This document shows, piece by piece, positions 7,596 to 16,083 of a DNA stretch of 27,165 nucleotides; position 1 is the first letter of the stretch, and each line of letters starts with the position of its first letter. Location: IMG/VR virus record IMGVR_UViG_3300005805_000382, positions 1 to 27,165 of that record; one strand, 5' to 3'. The notes beneath the pieces were generated by a model. The model was not told the origin of the DNA and ran no database searches. It saw only the letters and a list, made by a program, of their open reading frames with translations. Source of the DNA: a virus (Duplodnaviria > Caudoviricetes). The position numbers and the translations under genes were made by a program.

Positions 7596-10103
7596 TTAGT
7601 CCGGCTCACGCATGTGTAAATACATTGCAGAAGTAAAAGCCAGCAAAGTTGAGACAAGTGCGATAGTTTGAATTTTGCCCGATAGCGTAAAGTAGACAAC
7701 CACAGAGCCGGCGATTGTAAACCCAAGGTTCAAAACGCCGAACCAAAATTTTTTGATGAATGCTTTCCAGTCCAAAACCCTACCCCCGTTAACTGTTTTA
7801 TATATACTTAGTTTCGATACCCAATCCACGCCATCGCCAGCTATTTCGCCAGCCATTTCCTGTTCGTCTTCTTCCTTGCGTGCTGCCCGGTTTGCGTCAC
7901 TAGGAGCACCTCCACCGCTATTTGTTGGGCCGGTCGGAGAACCGCCTCCGCCCATTCCTCCAGACATTGCAGTAGCGGCAACCGTGGCCGTCACCAAGTT
8001 TACCGCAACTATTGTCCTTCTCTCGCCAACAGATATAGTCTGGTTGACCATTTCATACGTATCAAACGTTCCACTGAACAAATCGACAACGTCCTCAAAT
8101 GTCTCACGTACTTCTGTTGGGGCTTCCTGGACTGCCTCAACAATTTGTGTTGCTTCTTCCGGAGTTAATTCAGAAGCGTCAATCGTGTCAAAAATTTCCT
8201 CCGCCTGTGCCGTGTCAATACTCTCTAAGACCTTGTCGCTCGTGGCCAGCTCGAGAGCCTGGTCTTCGGTTATTCCTGTTTCCAGGACGGCATCTACGGC
8301 GCTAGAGACCTGTTCCTCGGTAATATTCTCATTTTCAAGGATGTCAACCACAGCGGCAAACTGCTCACCGGACAAGGGTTGGTCTAAAACCGCGGAAAGC
8401 ACTTCGTCAAATTTTTCGTCCGATATAGGCTCATCAAAAACAGCCTCGAGAACATTTGTTAATTCCTCGGCTGATAATGGCTCAGAAAAAACTTCTTCTA
8501 TTACAGCAGTAAACTGTTCATCACTGAGCGGTGCGTCCAATATTTTTGCAACAGCGTCCCCAAGCTGTTCCGGGTCGGTTATTTGGGTTATTGTGCCGAG
8601 CAACTCGTCTGTTGTCGGTTCGTTGGATTCTGTATTAGTAGGAATATTGTCATTAATGTCGGGTATAGAATTTATGGGTGAATCTTGTATTGATTCTTCT
8701 GGTTGCTTTATTTCTGTTGTCTCTGGCGTGTTTTCTGGTTCTGGTGCTGGTACTGATTGCGGTCCGTCAGTTTGAGGCGTTTCCAATACCGGAGGAGGAA
8801 CCGTAGATTGAACACTGTCAATTTCTGGAGAAGTTGTTGGTACGGATTCTTCAACGGAGACTAGCGTAGTTGTTGTAGTCGTTGTTGTTGTTGGACTATA
8901 TAAAGCGACGTTGTATCCACACCATCCTGAATTCCAGTCAAGTGTTGTTACTCCGTTAGATGTGCTTCCGGAATACGATGGATAATAAGAAATGCCAACA
9001 GGTGATAGCGTCACCGTCTCTCCTACCGCCGCTAAACCGGAATGAACAGCAACAACACCAAAATCTGAATCATCTGTATATGGGCCAGAGCCCCAGACCG
9101 TACCACTAAGTTTGCCAGTTACAGTCACATCACCATACGGTCCGCATGTTGGTGGGGGTGGTGCAGTTGTCGTTGTCGTTGTGTTCGGCGTTCCTCCTGA
9201 ATATCTAATAACAACATAAAGCCTTTTATATGTTCCGCCACATGGGTCACCAAAAACACCATTGTTGGCATTAATAGAACTTGAACTTTTTCCAAAAAAC
9301 GACTGTGAAACCTTGAGAATTGATAACTGAGAATGACATCCACCTTGCGTATATTGACCGTCAACTCCAGATGGCGTGCCATAGCTGGCAAAAACGACCT
9401 GTGTAAATTCTCCTCCACCGGGGGCCGCAAGCGATAGTGTTCCGCCTTCGTTGGCCGTTCCCCAAACCATATTCGACTGAAATGAGTAGTTTGAATTTGA
9501 AACTCTGGAAGCAATCGAAGAACATGGCTTATCGCCCTGCGTTGCATGACAAAGTTGCCATCCGGCAGAAGATATCCAAGATTCTTCTCCATATGCAAAT
9601 TCGCTATTATCTAGCAACTCTGTGTTGTCTATTTTTAATGAAGCCGATTCAATGGACGGGCCGTAGTTCCCGCCCCAAAATTCACCGTCATCTCCGGCAA
9701 TCGTGATTCGTGCACTAGCAACGCTGGCCCATCCCTGTCCAACCGATTGCGCATTTACGCTAAGCGAGACATCTGAGTATGCGCCAGGCGATATCGATAC
9801 CCATCCTGTGTCGTGAAAGTATATTCCACCCCCGCCATTTCCATAAAGTGAAATACCAACTAAAACTCTATCTACCCCATACCCAAACTCTGCAACCCGA
9901 GCCACCGCAGTTATTTCAGATTTACCAGATGTATCTACTGCAACTTCCTGATAAATGCTTGACTCGTTGTAGGAAAATATTATTGAATCGCCTTGCTCTA
10001 CTGTTGTTGCGCGAGCCGATGTTGGAATAAACACTAATAGCAATGCGATAATTGCCGGAAACCAAACCAGTAAACGGAATACGCAAATAGACCGTCGTTC
10101 CAT
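7596..10103 (-). CDS. Large exported membrane-anchored multi-lectin protein (FBA-like, SUEL/Gal_Lectin, LCCL, Thr/Pro linker, acidic repeats, C-terminal TMs)
   Basis: Signal peptide ending ARA. GDDGEFWGGNYGP (FBA-like). FASYG...GCHS...NGVFGDPCGGTYKRLYV (SUEL). VWGSGPYTDDSDFGVVAVHSG (LCCL). Poly-Thr linkers, 17-aa acidic repeats, two C-terminal TM helices. GGAGG RBS. Confidence 0.85.
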   Translation of the reverse strand: MERRSICVFRLLVWFPAIIALLLVFIPTSARATTVEQGDSIIFSYNESSIYQEVAVDTSGKSEITAVARVAEFGYGVDRVLVGISLYGNGGGGIYFHDTGWVSISPGAYSDVSLSVNAQSVGQGWASVASARITIAGDDGEFWGGNYGPSIESASLKIDNTELLDNSEFAYGEESWISSAGWQLCHATQGDKPCSSIASRVSNSNYSFQSNMVWGTANEGGTLSLAAPGGGEFTQVVFASYGTPSGVDGQYTQGGCHSQLSILKVSQSFFGKSSSSINANNGVFGDPCGGTYKRLYVVIRYSGGTPNTTTTTTAPPPPTCGPYGDVTVTGKLSGTVWGSGPYTDDSDFGVVAVHSGLAAVGETVTLSPVGISYYPSYSGSTSNGVTTLDWNSGWCGYNVALYSPTTTTTTTTTLVSVEESVPTTSPEIDSVQSTVPPPVLETPQTDGPQSVPAPEPENTPETTEIKQPEESIQDSPINSIPDINDNIPTNTESNEPTTDELLGTITQITDPEQLGDAVAKILDAPLSDEQFTAVIEEVFSEPLSAEELTNVLEAVFDEPISDEKFDEVLSAVLDQPLSGEQFAAVVDILENENITEEQVSSAVDAVLETGITEDQALELATSDKVLESIDTAQAEEIFDTIDASELTPEEATQIVEAVQEAPTEVRETFEDVVDLFSGTFDTYEMVNQTISVGERRTIVAVNLVTATVAATAMSGGMGGGGSPTGPTNSGGGAPSDANRAARKEEDEQEMAGEIAGDGVDWVSKLSIYKTVNGGRVLDWKAFIKKFWFGVLNLGFTIAGSVVVYFTLSGKIQTIALVSTLLAFTSAMYLHMREPD
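8240..8543 (-). repeat. About six tandem 17-aa (51-nt) degenerate acidic repeats within the 835-aa gene
   Basis: ILDAPLSDEQFTAVIEE / VFSEPLSAEELTNVLEA / VFDEPISDEKFDEVLSA / VLDQPLSGEQFAAVVDI / LENENITEEQVSSAVDA / VLETGITEDQALELA. Confidence 0.8.
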
Positions 10104-10183
10104 TAATCCTCCGATACACCCGGAGCAATTTTACAGCATTATTTGTTTCAGCACTGCCTTAAATACAACGAGAAAATTGTGAA

Positions 10184-10981
10184 TTAAATTGAACGCCGAG
10201 CAATTTTTCTATCTTCAACAGGAATTAGCTCACCTTTATGCTGGGCATTTACGTCTTTTCTCACCCATGTCATCCCATAGGTGTCTGGCAAATTGTCTAC
10301 GCCCTCCCTGCGCATAAGGCGCTCCGCCATTGATTGAAAGGTTGGGTCGTCGCTTAGGTTCAAATATGAGTTGTGGTACCAGGGCAAATCGTAAAAAGCT
10401 GGCGCGTTAACCAGGAGGGCTCCAGCGGTTGTCCAGTGTTCTTCAATTGGTGGCTCAGTGCTGATTGTTTTACCGGAAAGGCCGTATTGGGGAACATTTA
10501 CCCCAACAAGAGGCCTATCGACTTCTAGCATTTTTTCAACGATATCTGCGTCCAGGTGAATGTCTGAGTCTATATACAAAATTGCTTGATAGTTAACAAC
10601 TCCAATATTTTCTTCCGTACAGTCCTCGCCCCAGTGATGGCCAGATGTAATTCTATGTCTTTGTGCAAATTCACGAATAAGATTACGCCCAGTTTCAATC
10701 CGAATCCAACGATTACTGGCAGTTACGTCGGGCTGCATATCGTTTATTGAATACGTCCAATAATCACCATTTACATCGCGCAGTGCGTCAATTACTTCAT
10801 GGAATGGTTCAATACCCCGCGCATCTAGCTCGAGGGCAGCAAACCATTTTACGTTTGGAAATCGCTCAGAAATCTGTGCTCTGTTGGAAATCCAGTCAAG
10901 ATGTTCTTTGGCATCACACTTCCATGCAACGAGTGGAGTGCCGATAACAAAATGTTTGCTGTAATCAATTTCTTTAATCAT
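10184..10981 (-). CDS. GT-A fold glycosyltransferase
   Basis: GRNLIRE, ILYIDSD (DxD), TAGALLV, SDDPTF and a terminal H. Confidence 0.78.
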   Translation of the reverse strand: MIKEIDYSKHFVIGTPLVAWKCDAKEHLDWISNRAQISERFPNVKWFAALELDARGIEPFHEVIDALRDVNGDYWTYSINDMQPDVTASNRWIRIETGRNLIREFAQRHRITSGHHWGEDCTEENIGVVNYQAILYIDSDIHLDADIVEKMLEVDRPLVGVNVPQYGLSGKTISTEPPIEEHWTTAGALLVNAPAFYDLPWYHNSYLNLSDDPTFQSMAERLMRREGVDNLPDTYGMTWVRKDVNAQHKGELIPVEDRKIARRSI

Positions 10982-11432
10982 TTTCTTTCCTTAGTTCTAA
11001 AACATGGTCAGAGCAGACACCAAAATATTTTGATGAATCAAAGTCGGCTAAGTTGGTTATATATTCAGGCATGACAGCAATACATTTTTCCCCAGAAGCA
11101 GGCATGCCCGGGTAGGCCCATACATACCCATCAAGGGTCAATGTATACGCATCAACGTCGTGAAAAAAACAGTTACAGTCGCGTTTTACGAAATACGAAA
11201 GAGCATCGGCATTCTTGCAGTGAATCCATAAAAATTGACGCCTTTCATTCACCCAGGACTCTTCTATCTCCAGAGAGGGAAAGTCGTGGCCCAGGAAAAG
11301 TTTTTCGCCCACAACCCACACATCCACCTCTACGTCAAAACCTAGCCTTAAAGCGCCATCAACTGCTTCTGGAGTATTTTCTGTTTCTGGGTTCGGACCG
11401 GACAGATTCCCACGGTGAGAAATTAATTTCAT
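10974..11432 (-). CDS. Short glycerophosphodiester phosphodiesterase (GDPD/PLC-like) protein
   Basis: ISHRG, ENT, DVEVDV, LGHD, IHCKN and GVCSD motifs. Confidence 0.85.
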   Translation of the reverse strand: MKLISHRGNLSGPNPETENTPEAVDGALRLGFDVEVDVWVVGEKLFLGHDFPSLEIEESWVNERRQFLWIHCKNADALSYFVKRDCNCFFHDVDAYTLTLDGYVWAYPGMPASGEKCIAVMPEYITNLADFDSSKYFGVCSDHVLELRKEND

Positions 11433-12136
11433 TTTTCAACCTGAACCCATATCCAGTTTCTATGATTATCCCCAGGACCAGTTTCTTTAATATCTGACTT
11501 ATAGTTGATATATCCGATTTTTTCAACCAAGTCTTGTTGTATATCTGTTTCATCAGTAATGCTTACATCGGCGTGGCCGTTCGTGTTCACCGCATCAAAT
11601 ACGTTGTCAAAATAACCAGCTGTTGGTATTTCCCCCTTTCCCCCATAGCCCATCTGGAAACAAAGTTTTCCACCTGGTTTCAAAACTCTATGTATATCTT
11701 TTAAAATATTAAATCTTATTTCGTGGGAGCAAATATGCTGAAAGCATATAACAGAAAAAACAACATCATATACGTCGTTGTCTACCATGGAGATATTGTC
11801 ACCACTTGTAACGTACAGGTTCGAGCCGTAAATACCATTGTGCTCAAGATTAATTTTTGCCTTCTCGATGTTGACGCTAGATATATCTACACCATCTATC
11901 CTTGCAAAACGGCTAGAAAACTTGACTAGGTTACGTCCGGGTCCACATCCGTACTCAAGGGCATTAAGCCCAAGTGTATTAAAGTCTTTAAACAGGAAGT
12001 TGTCATAGTCGCTCCATGCGTTATGTGCATCATATGAACCAACAACTGGGTCCCTAAAATCAAGAGACCATTGACTCGCATACTCATCGTAATAATTATT
12101 TTGCATTGCTAAATAATCTAGTTTATTTTTGCTCAC
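11429..12136 (-). CDS. Class I SAM-dependent methyltransferase
   Basis: ALEYGCGPG, GVDIS, YDVVFS, HRVLKPGG. Confidence 0.92.
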   Translation of the reverse strand: MSKNKLDYLAMQNNYYDEYASQWSLDFRDPVVGSYDAHNAWSDYDNFLFKDFNTLGLNALEYGCGPGRNLVKFSSRFARIDGVDISSVNIEKAKINLEHNGIYGSNLYVTSGDNISMVDNDVYDVVFSVICFQHICSHEIRFNILKDIHRVLKPGGKLCFQMGYGGKGEIPTAGYFDNVFDAVNTNGHADVSITDETDIQQDLVEKIGYINYKSDIKETGPGDNHRNWIWVQVEK

Positions 12137-13506
12137 TTGTGATTCTCCAGATAATAGTTAAGGTCTTCCGGTGTGCCTATTCCCCACATTTCCGGCACCT
12201 CCTTTACCCGTATTTTTTTACCATCTGCAATTGCTTCGTTGAAAACTGGACACACGTAGAATTCATTATTTGTGCGTATGTTCTTGTCAATCATTTCATT
12301 TGCATATTTGACGTAATCTGAACCCTTTTTCCAATAGTAAATACCAACGGTTGCGTTATCCGATATTGGATTTTTTTCTGCAACTTCTTCCACAAGACCA
12401 TCAGGTCCCAGCTTTGCGTATGACCACTTCGGGTGCGTTGCCTTAAATGTGAGTATTCCGCCATCTATTTCATCGGCGTCAAATGCATACAAACACTCAT
12501 TGCTATTCCACTCAACAACCTGGTCCGAGTTCGCCATGAGTAGTGGATAGTCGTTATCAATTAACTCTGCCGCCAATAGGGTTGTACATGCGGCACCCTC
12601 TGTCATTCCATCAACTATCACGATGTCGCAACCAGGTTTAATAAGGTTCAAAAGCTGTTTGAGGTTATATTTTTCATAGTGTTCTTTTTGCACTAGAAAA
12701 ATAAAATGAGCATCCACATTCAGGTTTTCAACCACAACCTGAATCATCGGTTTTCCATTAACTTCAATAAGTGGTTTCGGAAACGTGTACCCAGCCTGGG
12801 CAAACCGAGAACCTGCTCCAGCCATCGGTATGAGGACATTCATTTTTTCATTTTTCCATGCAACTTTGGCCCGTTGACTTGCATTTACTTCGGATGCCAT
12901 TTTCAGCAATCTCTCCTTATCAAGACTATATGAATCCTTAATTGCAAATAAGTGCGCACCAGAAGCCATGGCCCCCTCCCTGCCAATGTGCGAATCTTCA
13001 ACAATAATTGTTGAGGCCGGCGTGGCATTGAGGCTAATCATGCATTTCCAATACATTTCTGGATGGGGTTTGTGGTGTTTTACGTCTTCGTTGCTCATCA
13101 CGTAGCTAACCATATGCAAAACCCCTATTGCATGAAGGGCGGTTATTACTGTCTCCCGCACCGCATTGCTGGCAACGGCAATTTTCCACCCGTCCGAGCG
13201 AAGGGTCTGCATAATGTCTATTGCATTTGCGTTTTTCGGCAATAAACTAAGTATCTCTATCGTCGCTTTTTGCTTTTGCTCCCATATTGACTGATGTGCA
13301 TCAGGGGGTAAGCCCTTTGAAGCAGTCAACATTTCTAATTTTTTAGTAGTACCCAGTCCGTCAAAAGTGGAAAGATGCTCTTCGCGGGATATGACGTATT
13401 TGGGGTCAACGCTCAATAATGCACGGTTGAGTGATTCATAATGAACGTCGCGTGAGTCAATAAGAACGCCATCTAGGTCAAAAATAATAATTTTCTGCGG
13501 ATTCAT
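12133..13506 (-). CDS. HAD phosphatase fused to a sugar-phosphate nucleotidyltransferase
   Basis: N half has FDLDGVLIDS, VASN, KPHP and IVEDS (HAD motifs I-IV). C half has IPMAGAGSRF...PKPLI, ANSD, EKNPIS, NEFYV and GIGTPEDL (NTP_transferase). Confidence 0.92.
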   Translation of the reverse strand: MNPQKIIIFDLDGVLIDSRDVHYESLNRALLSVDPKYVISREEHLSTFDGLGTTKKLEMLTASKGLPPDAHQSIWEQKQKATIEILSLLPKNANAIDIMQTLRSDGWKIAVASNAVRETVITALHAIGVLHMVSYVMSNEDVKHHKPHPEMYWKCMISLNATPASTIIVEDSHIGREGAMASGAHLFAIKDSYSLDKERLLKMASEVNASQRAKVAWKNEKMNVLIPMAGAGSRFAQAGYTFPKPLIEVNGKPMIQVVVENLNVDAHFIFLVQKEHYEKYNLKQLLNLIKPGCDIVIVDGMTEGAACTTLLAAELIDNDYPLLMANSDQVVEWNSNECLYAFDADEIDGGILTFKATHPKWSYAKLGPDGLVEEVAEKNPISDNATVGIYYWKKGSDYVKYANEMIDKNIRTNNEFYVCPVFNEAIADGKKIRVKEVPEMWGIGTPEDLNYYLENHK

Positions 13507-14162
13507 TTTGGCTCAGGTCCTGCGTGTCTATGCCATTTGTTGTGCCGAACAATGCTCTTGCCATTACATTTCATGACATATTTATTTCTAACCCTCATTG
13601 ACCATTCGACATCCTCCTCTTCATTCCATCCGCGCGTCTCGTCCAGTGGTTCGTCGAGCATTACATGTTTTTTGACTATGAAAAACCCACCAGATATATA
13701 CATGTACTGCGTTTGCGTCCAGTCTGAGTAATCAAGCGACCAAGCCCTACCGTGTCCAGGTTTGTCCCATAGGGACCAATCCATCGGATTTCTTGCGCCA
13801 GTAATTAGATATTGCGGGCAGGAACATATATCCCACTCCGTGCCGAATGACTTAAATTCAATATACCAATTCGGTTCAAAAATATGATAATCATGCATTA
13901 AAATAATATTTTCATACCTAGATTCAGCGCAAAGTATGTTTTTCTTTTTAGTTATCCATCGGGGTTTAATGTTTTCATCAAAATCAATTATGCGCACATC
14001 GTTATATCTGTCAAAAACATCTGGCGCGTTACCGCCAATTATTAATATTTCATATTCAGGTATTGACAGTTGACGTATTGACTCAATAATTTCAATGAGG
14101 CGGTCAATGTCTTCAAATCCAGTGACAATTCCGAAAGTCCACTGTATATCTGCGTTTGTCAT
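13503..14162 (-). CDS. GT-A fold glycosyltransferase
   Basis: EILII, KKN, IILMHDY, SGGFF, EEDVEWS and a terminal H. Confidence 0.8.
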   Translation of the reverse strand: MTNADIQWTFGIVTGFEDIDRLIEIIESIRQLSIPEYEILIIGGNAPDVFDRYNDVRIIDFDENIKPRWITKKKNILCAESRYENIILMHDYHIFEPNWYIEFKSFGTEWDICSCPQYLITGARNPMDWSLWDKPGHGRAWSLDYSDWTQTQYMYISGGFFIVKKHVMLDEPLDETRGWNEEEDVEWSMRVRNKYVMKCNGKSIVRHNKWHRHAGPEPK

Positions 14163-15256
14163 ATTTTATCCTTTATAAATCTCATTGTTGCGTCCCAGTC
14201 GTCACCCCTGGCTTCCATTGAAAAATTCGGCAACATAGCAAAATTTTCCTCTATATCATCGCGGCGTTTACGATAATCTAAAAGTTCATCCAAATGGTAA
14301 ATCCACTCTTCGTCTGTTTTGGCGACACGACCTATGCCATTATCCGCTAAATACTGATATTCGGGAGAATATGAAGATATAAAAGGAACGCCAGCTGCTG
14401 CATACTCAAGACCTTTGATGAATGACTTGGCATGATTAAAGGGGATGTTGTTTAGTGGAACAATTCCGATATCAATATCTCGAAACAAAGATGGATAGGA
14501 AAGTATCGGCATCATCGGTGAACGTCTTGACAATCTTTGTTCTACACCAAGCATTGAGTGTGCCATTGGGGCACCGTCGTTATGGCCAGAATGTTGAAAG
14601 AAAAGCTTTCTAGTGCGGATATAATCCCCCATAAAACCGCGCAATTGTTCAAGGTCGTTAGAACGCCAGTGTGTGGCGCCTACCCAGCCAATACGAAGAG
14701 CTTTATTGGTTGCAAATGGCCGGCGTTTCCATCTTTCACTATCGATGCCGTTACGAACCATAAAGACATTGTCGCGTCTCGCTCCATATTTTTCGAATAA
14801 AAATGGAGTTGAAGTAATAACGGCATCGGCCGCCATGATTATTTCCGAATAAATTTGTCTATTGGAGTCAGGGTTTTCTTTCGGGTCGGTTGCTTTGTAT
14901 GCCCGGTTTGCTTTAGATAGCCCGTCAAACCAATCGTCAATATCTACTATAATTTTTTGGCCAAGAGCTTGAGCTTTAGGGATTGCTTCTAATATTTCTT
15001 TTTGCATCAAGAGTTTAAAAACAATTACGTCCCAACCGTGGACGGCTTGATTGTCCGACAAAAGCATGCCAAACCCGCGTTTTTCATTAAAACCGGGAAA
15101 TCCAACAGCAGACATCCACCCCCTCTTATTTAGCTCGTCTGACGGGAGTTTGCACCTATACCAGGCGCAGCCGTTTGGTTGAAGAGGGTCAGTACCCCAC
15201 GACCAGTCGTGTGTCAGGAATGCGACAGTGGGTTTGTGTGGTTTTTTCATCTGCAT
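14159..15256 (-). CDS. GT-B fold (GT4-like) glycosyltransferase
   Basis: GCAWYR, VDIDD, ADAVITST, RNGID, IGWVG, DIGIVPL and KSFIKGLEYAAAGVP. The likely start is ATG 15256 or 15250 rather than the track start at 15322. Confidence 0.88.
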   Translation of the reverse strand: MQMKKPHKPTVAFLTHDWSWGTDPLQPNGCAWYRCKLPSDELNKRGWMSAVGFPGFNEKRGFGMLLSDNQAVHGWDVIVFKLLMQKEILEAIPKAQALGQKIIVDIDDWFDGLSKANRAYKATDPKENPDSNRQIYSEIIMAADAVITSTPFLFEKYGARRDNVFMVRNGIDSERWKRRPFATNKALRIGWVGATHWRSNDLEQLRGFMGDYIRTRKLFFQHSGHNDGAPMAHSMLGVEQRLSRRSPMMPILSYPSLFRDIDIGIVPLNNIPFNHAKSFIKGLEYAAAGVPFISSYSPEYQYLADNGIGRVAKTDEEWIYHLDELLDYRKRRDDIEENFAMLPNFSMEARGDDWDATMRFIKDKI

Positions 15257-15312
15257 CTCACGGTGCGATACTACTCTGCCTTTCGGGCGTAATAGAAGAA
15301 ATTGAACAAATG

Positions 15313-15355
15313 ATTTTAACACTTTAAGCGCGTGGGGCCTAAGTTAATCTACAAT
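15313..15355. promoter_or_regulatory. Putative back-to-back promoters for the glycosylation operon (-) and the tail operon (+)
   Basis: Minus strand TGTTAAAAT (extended -10; hexamer 15313-15318) and plus strand TACAAT (15350-15355), in the only gap between the divergent operons. Confidence 0.45.
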
Positions 15356-15382
15356 CAGTAGTGCATTTTGGAGGTAAAACTG

Positions 15383-15766
15383 ATGCTTGCTGGCAACTAC
15401 AACATGACCTGCCAACAGGGGTCTACATTTACCCGTGTACTTCAAATTGAGCAACCGGATTTAACCGAGGACCCAACAGGGCAAACCTACGAGGCGTTTG
15501 ACCTAACTGGCTATACGGCCCGAATGCAAGTCAGAAGAACAATTGACTCAACGGCATTCCTATTGAGCTTGACAACAGAAAATGGAGCCTTGACAATAAA
15601 TCCAGTAGAGGGCGAAACAAATACGATTTACATTGACGTGAGCGCCTCGGTAACAGCGTCTGTAAGTACCAGTGGCGTATATGACCTTGAGATAATCTCG
15701 CCAACCGGCACCGTGTCAAGAATTTTGCAGGGGATATTCAACCTCAGTCCAGAGGTAACAAGATGA
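15383..15766 (+). CDS. Beta-sandwich virion/baseplate-associated protein (BppU-N-like)
   Basis: QGSTF...FDLTGYTARMQVR...GVYDLEI...RILQG...SPEVTR is a common phage tail beta-sandwich pattern. ATG 15383 follows GGAGG (track start 15368). Confidence 0.75.
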   Translation: MLAGNYNMTCQQGSTFTRVLQIEQPDLTEDPTGQTYEAFDLTGYTARMQVRRTIDSTAFLLSLTTENGALTINPVEGETNTIYIDVSASVTASVSTSGVYDLEIISPTGTVSRILQGIFNLSPEVTR

Positions 15767-16074
15767 GTAACAGTATCCCAAACCGCGTTATCGTTGAAGA
15801 AGATACAGCCAATAAAGTTGTTGTCAATCAAGATGCGCCAAACCAGGTTGTTGTTCGGCTTTCTGCCCCAGGTGGGAATACCAGGCGCCAAAGACACACG
15901 CAAGCAGTTGCCTCCCAGACGTGGGTAATCACACATAGTTTGGGCGGAAGACCATCAATAACCATCGTTGATTCTGCCGAAACGGTAGTAATTGGTGAGG
16001 TAACATATAATAGTGATTCGCAAATTACAGTCGAGTTCACAGCCCCATTTTCCGGATATGCATATCTAACATAA
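15763..16074 (+). CDS. Tail-associated small beta protein
   Basis: HTQAVASQTWVITHSLG...P...FSGYAYL. The H-(S/N)-L-G domain also appears at the C-terminus of the next gene (VVHNLG). ATGA coupling. Confidence 0.72.
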   Translation: MSNSIPNRVIVEEDTANKVVVNQDAPNQVVVRLSAPGGNTRRQRHTQAVASQTWVITHSLGGRPSITIVDSAETVVIGEVTYNSDSQITVEFTAPFSGYAYLT

Positions 16075-16083
16075 GCAGGTAAC

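Noticed and set aside
7753-8775. 340-aa plus-strand ORF
   Set aside because: It is the antisense shadow of the acidic 835-aa gene. The Ser-rich content mirrors Glu/Asp codons, and it has no motif.
7596-10103. Eukaryotic or giant-virus origin of the window because of the SUEL/LCCL/FBA domains
   Set aside because: Shine-Dalgarno sites, overlapping operons, WhiB, LPxTG and the endolysin-holin cassette all indicate a bacteriophage.
10184-15256. Bacterial capsule or O-antigen locus
   Set aside because: There is no flippase, polymerase, ABC exporter or initiating transferase, and it is flanked by phage tail and lysis genes.
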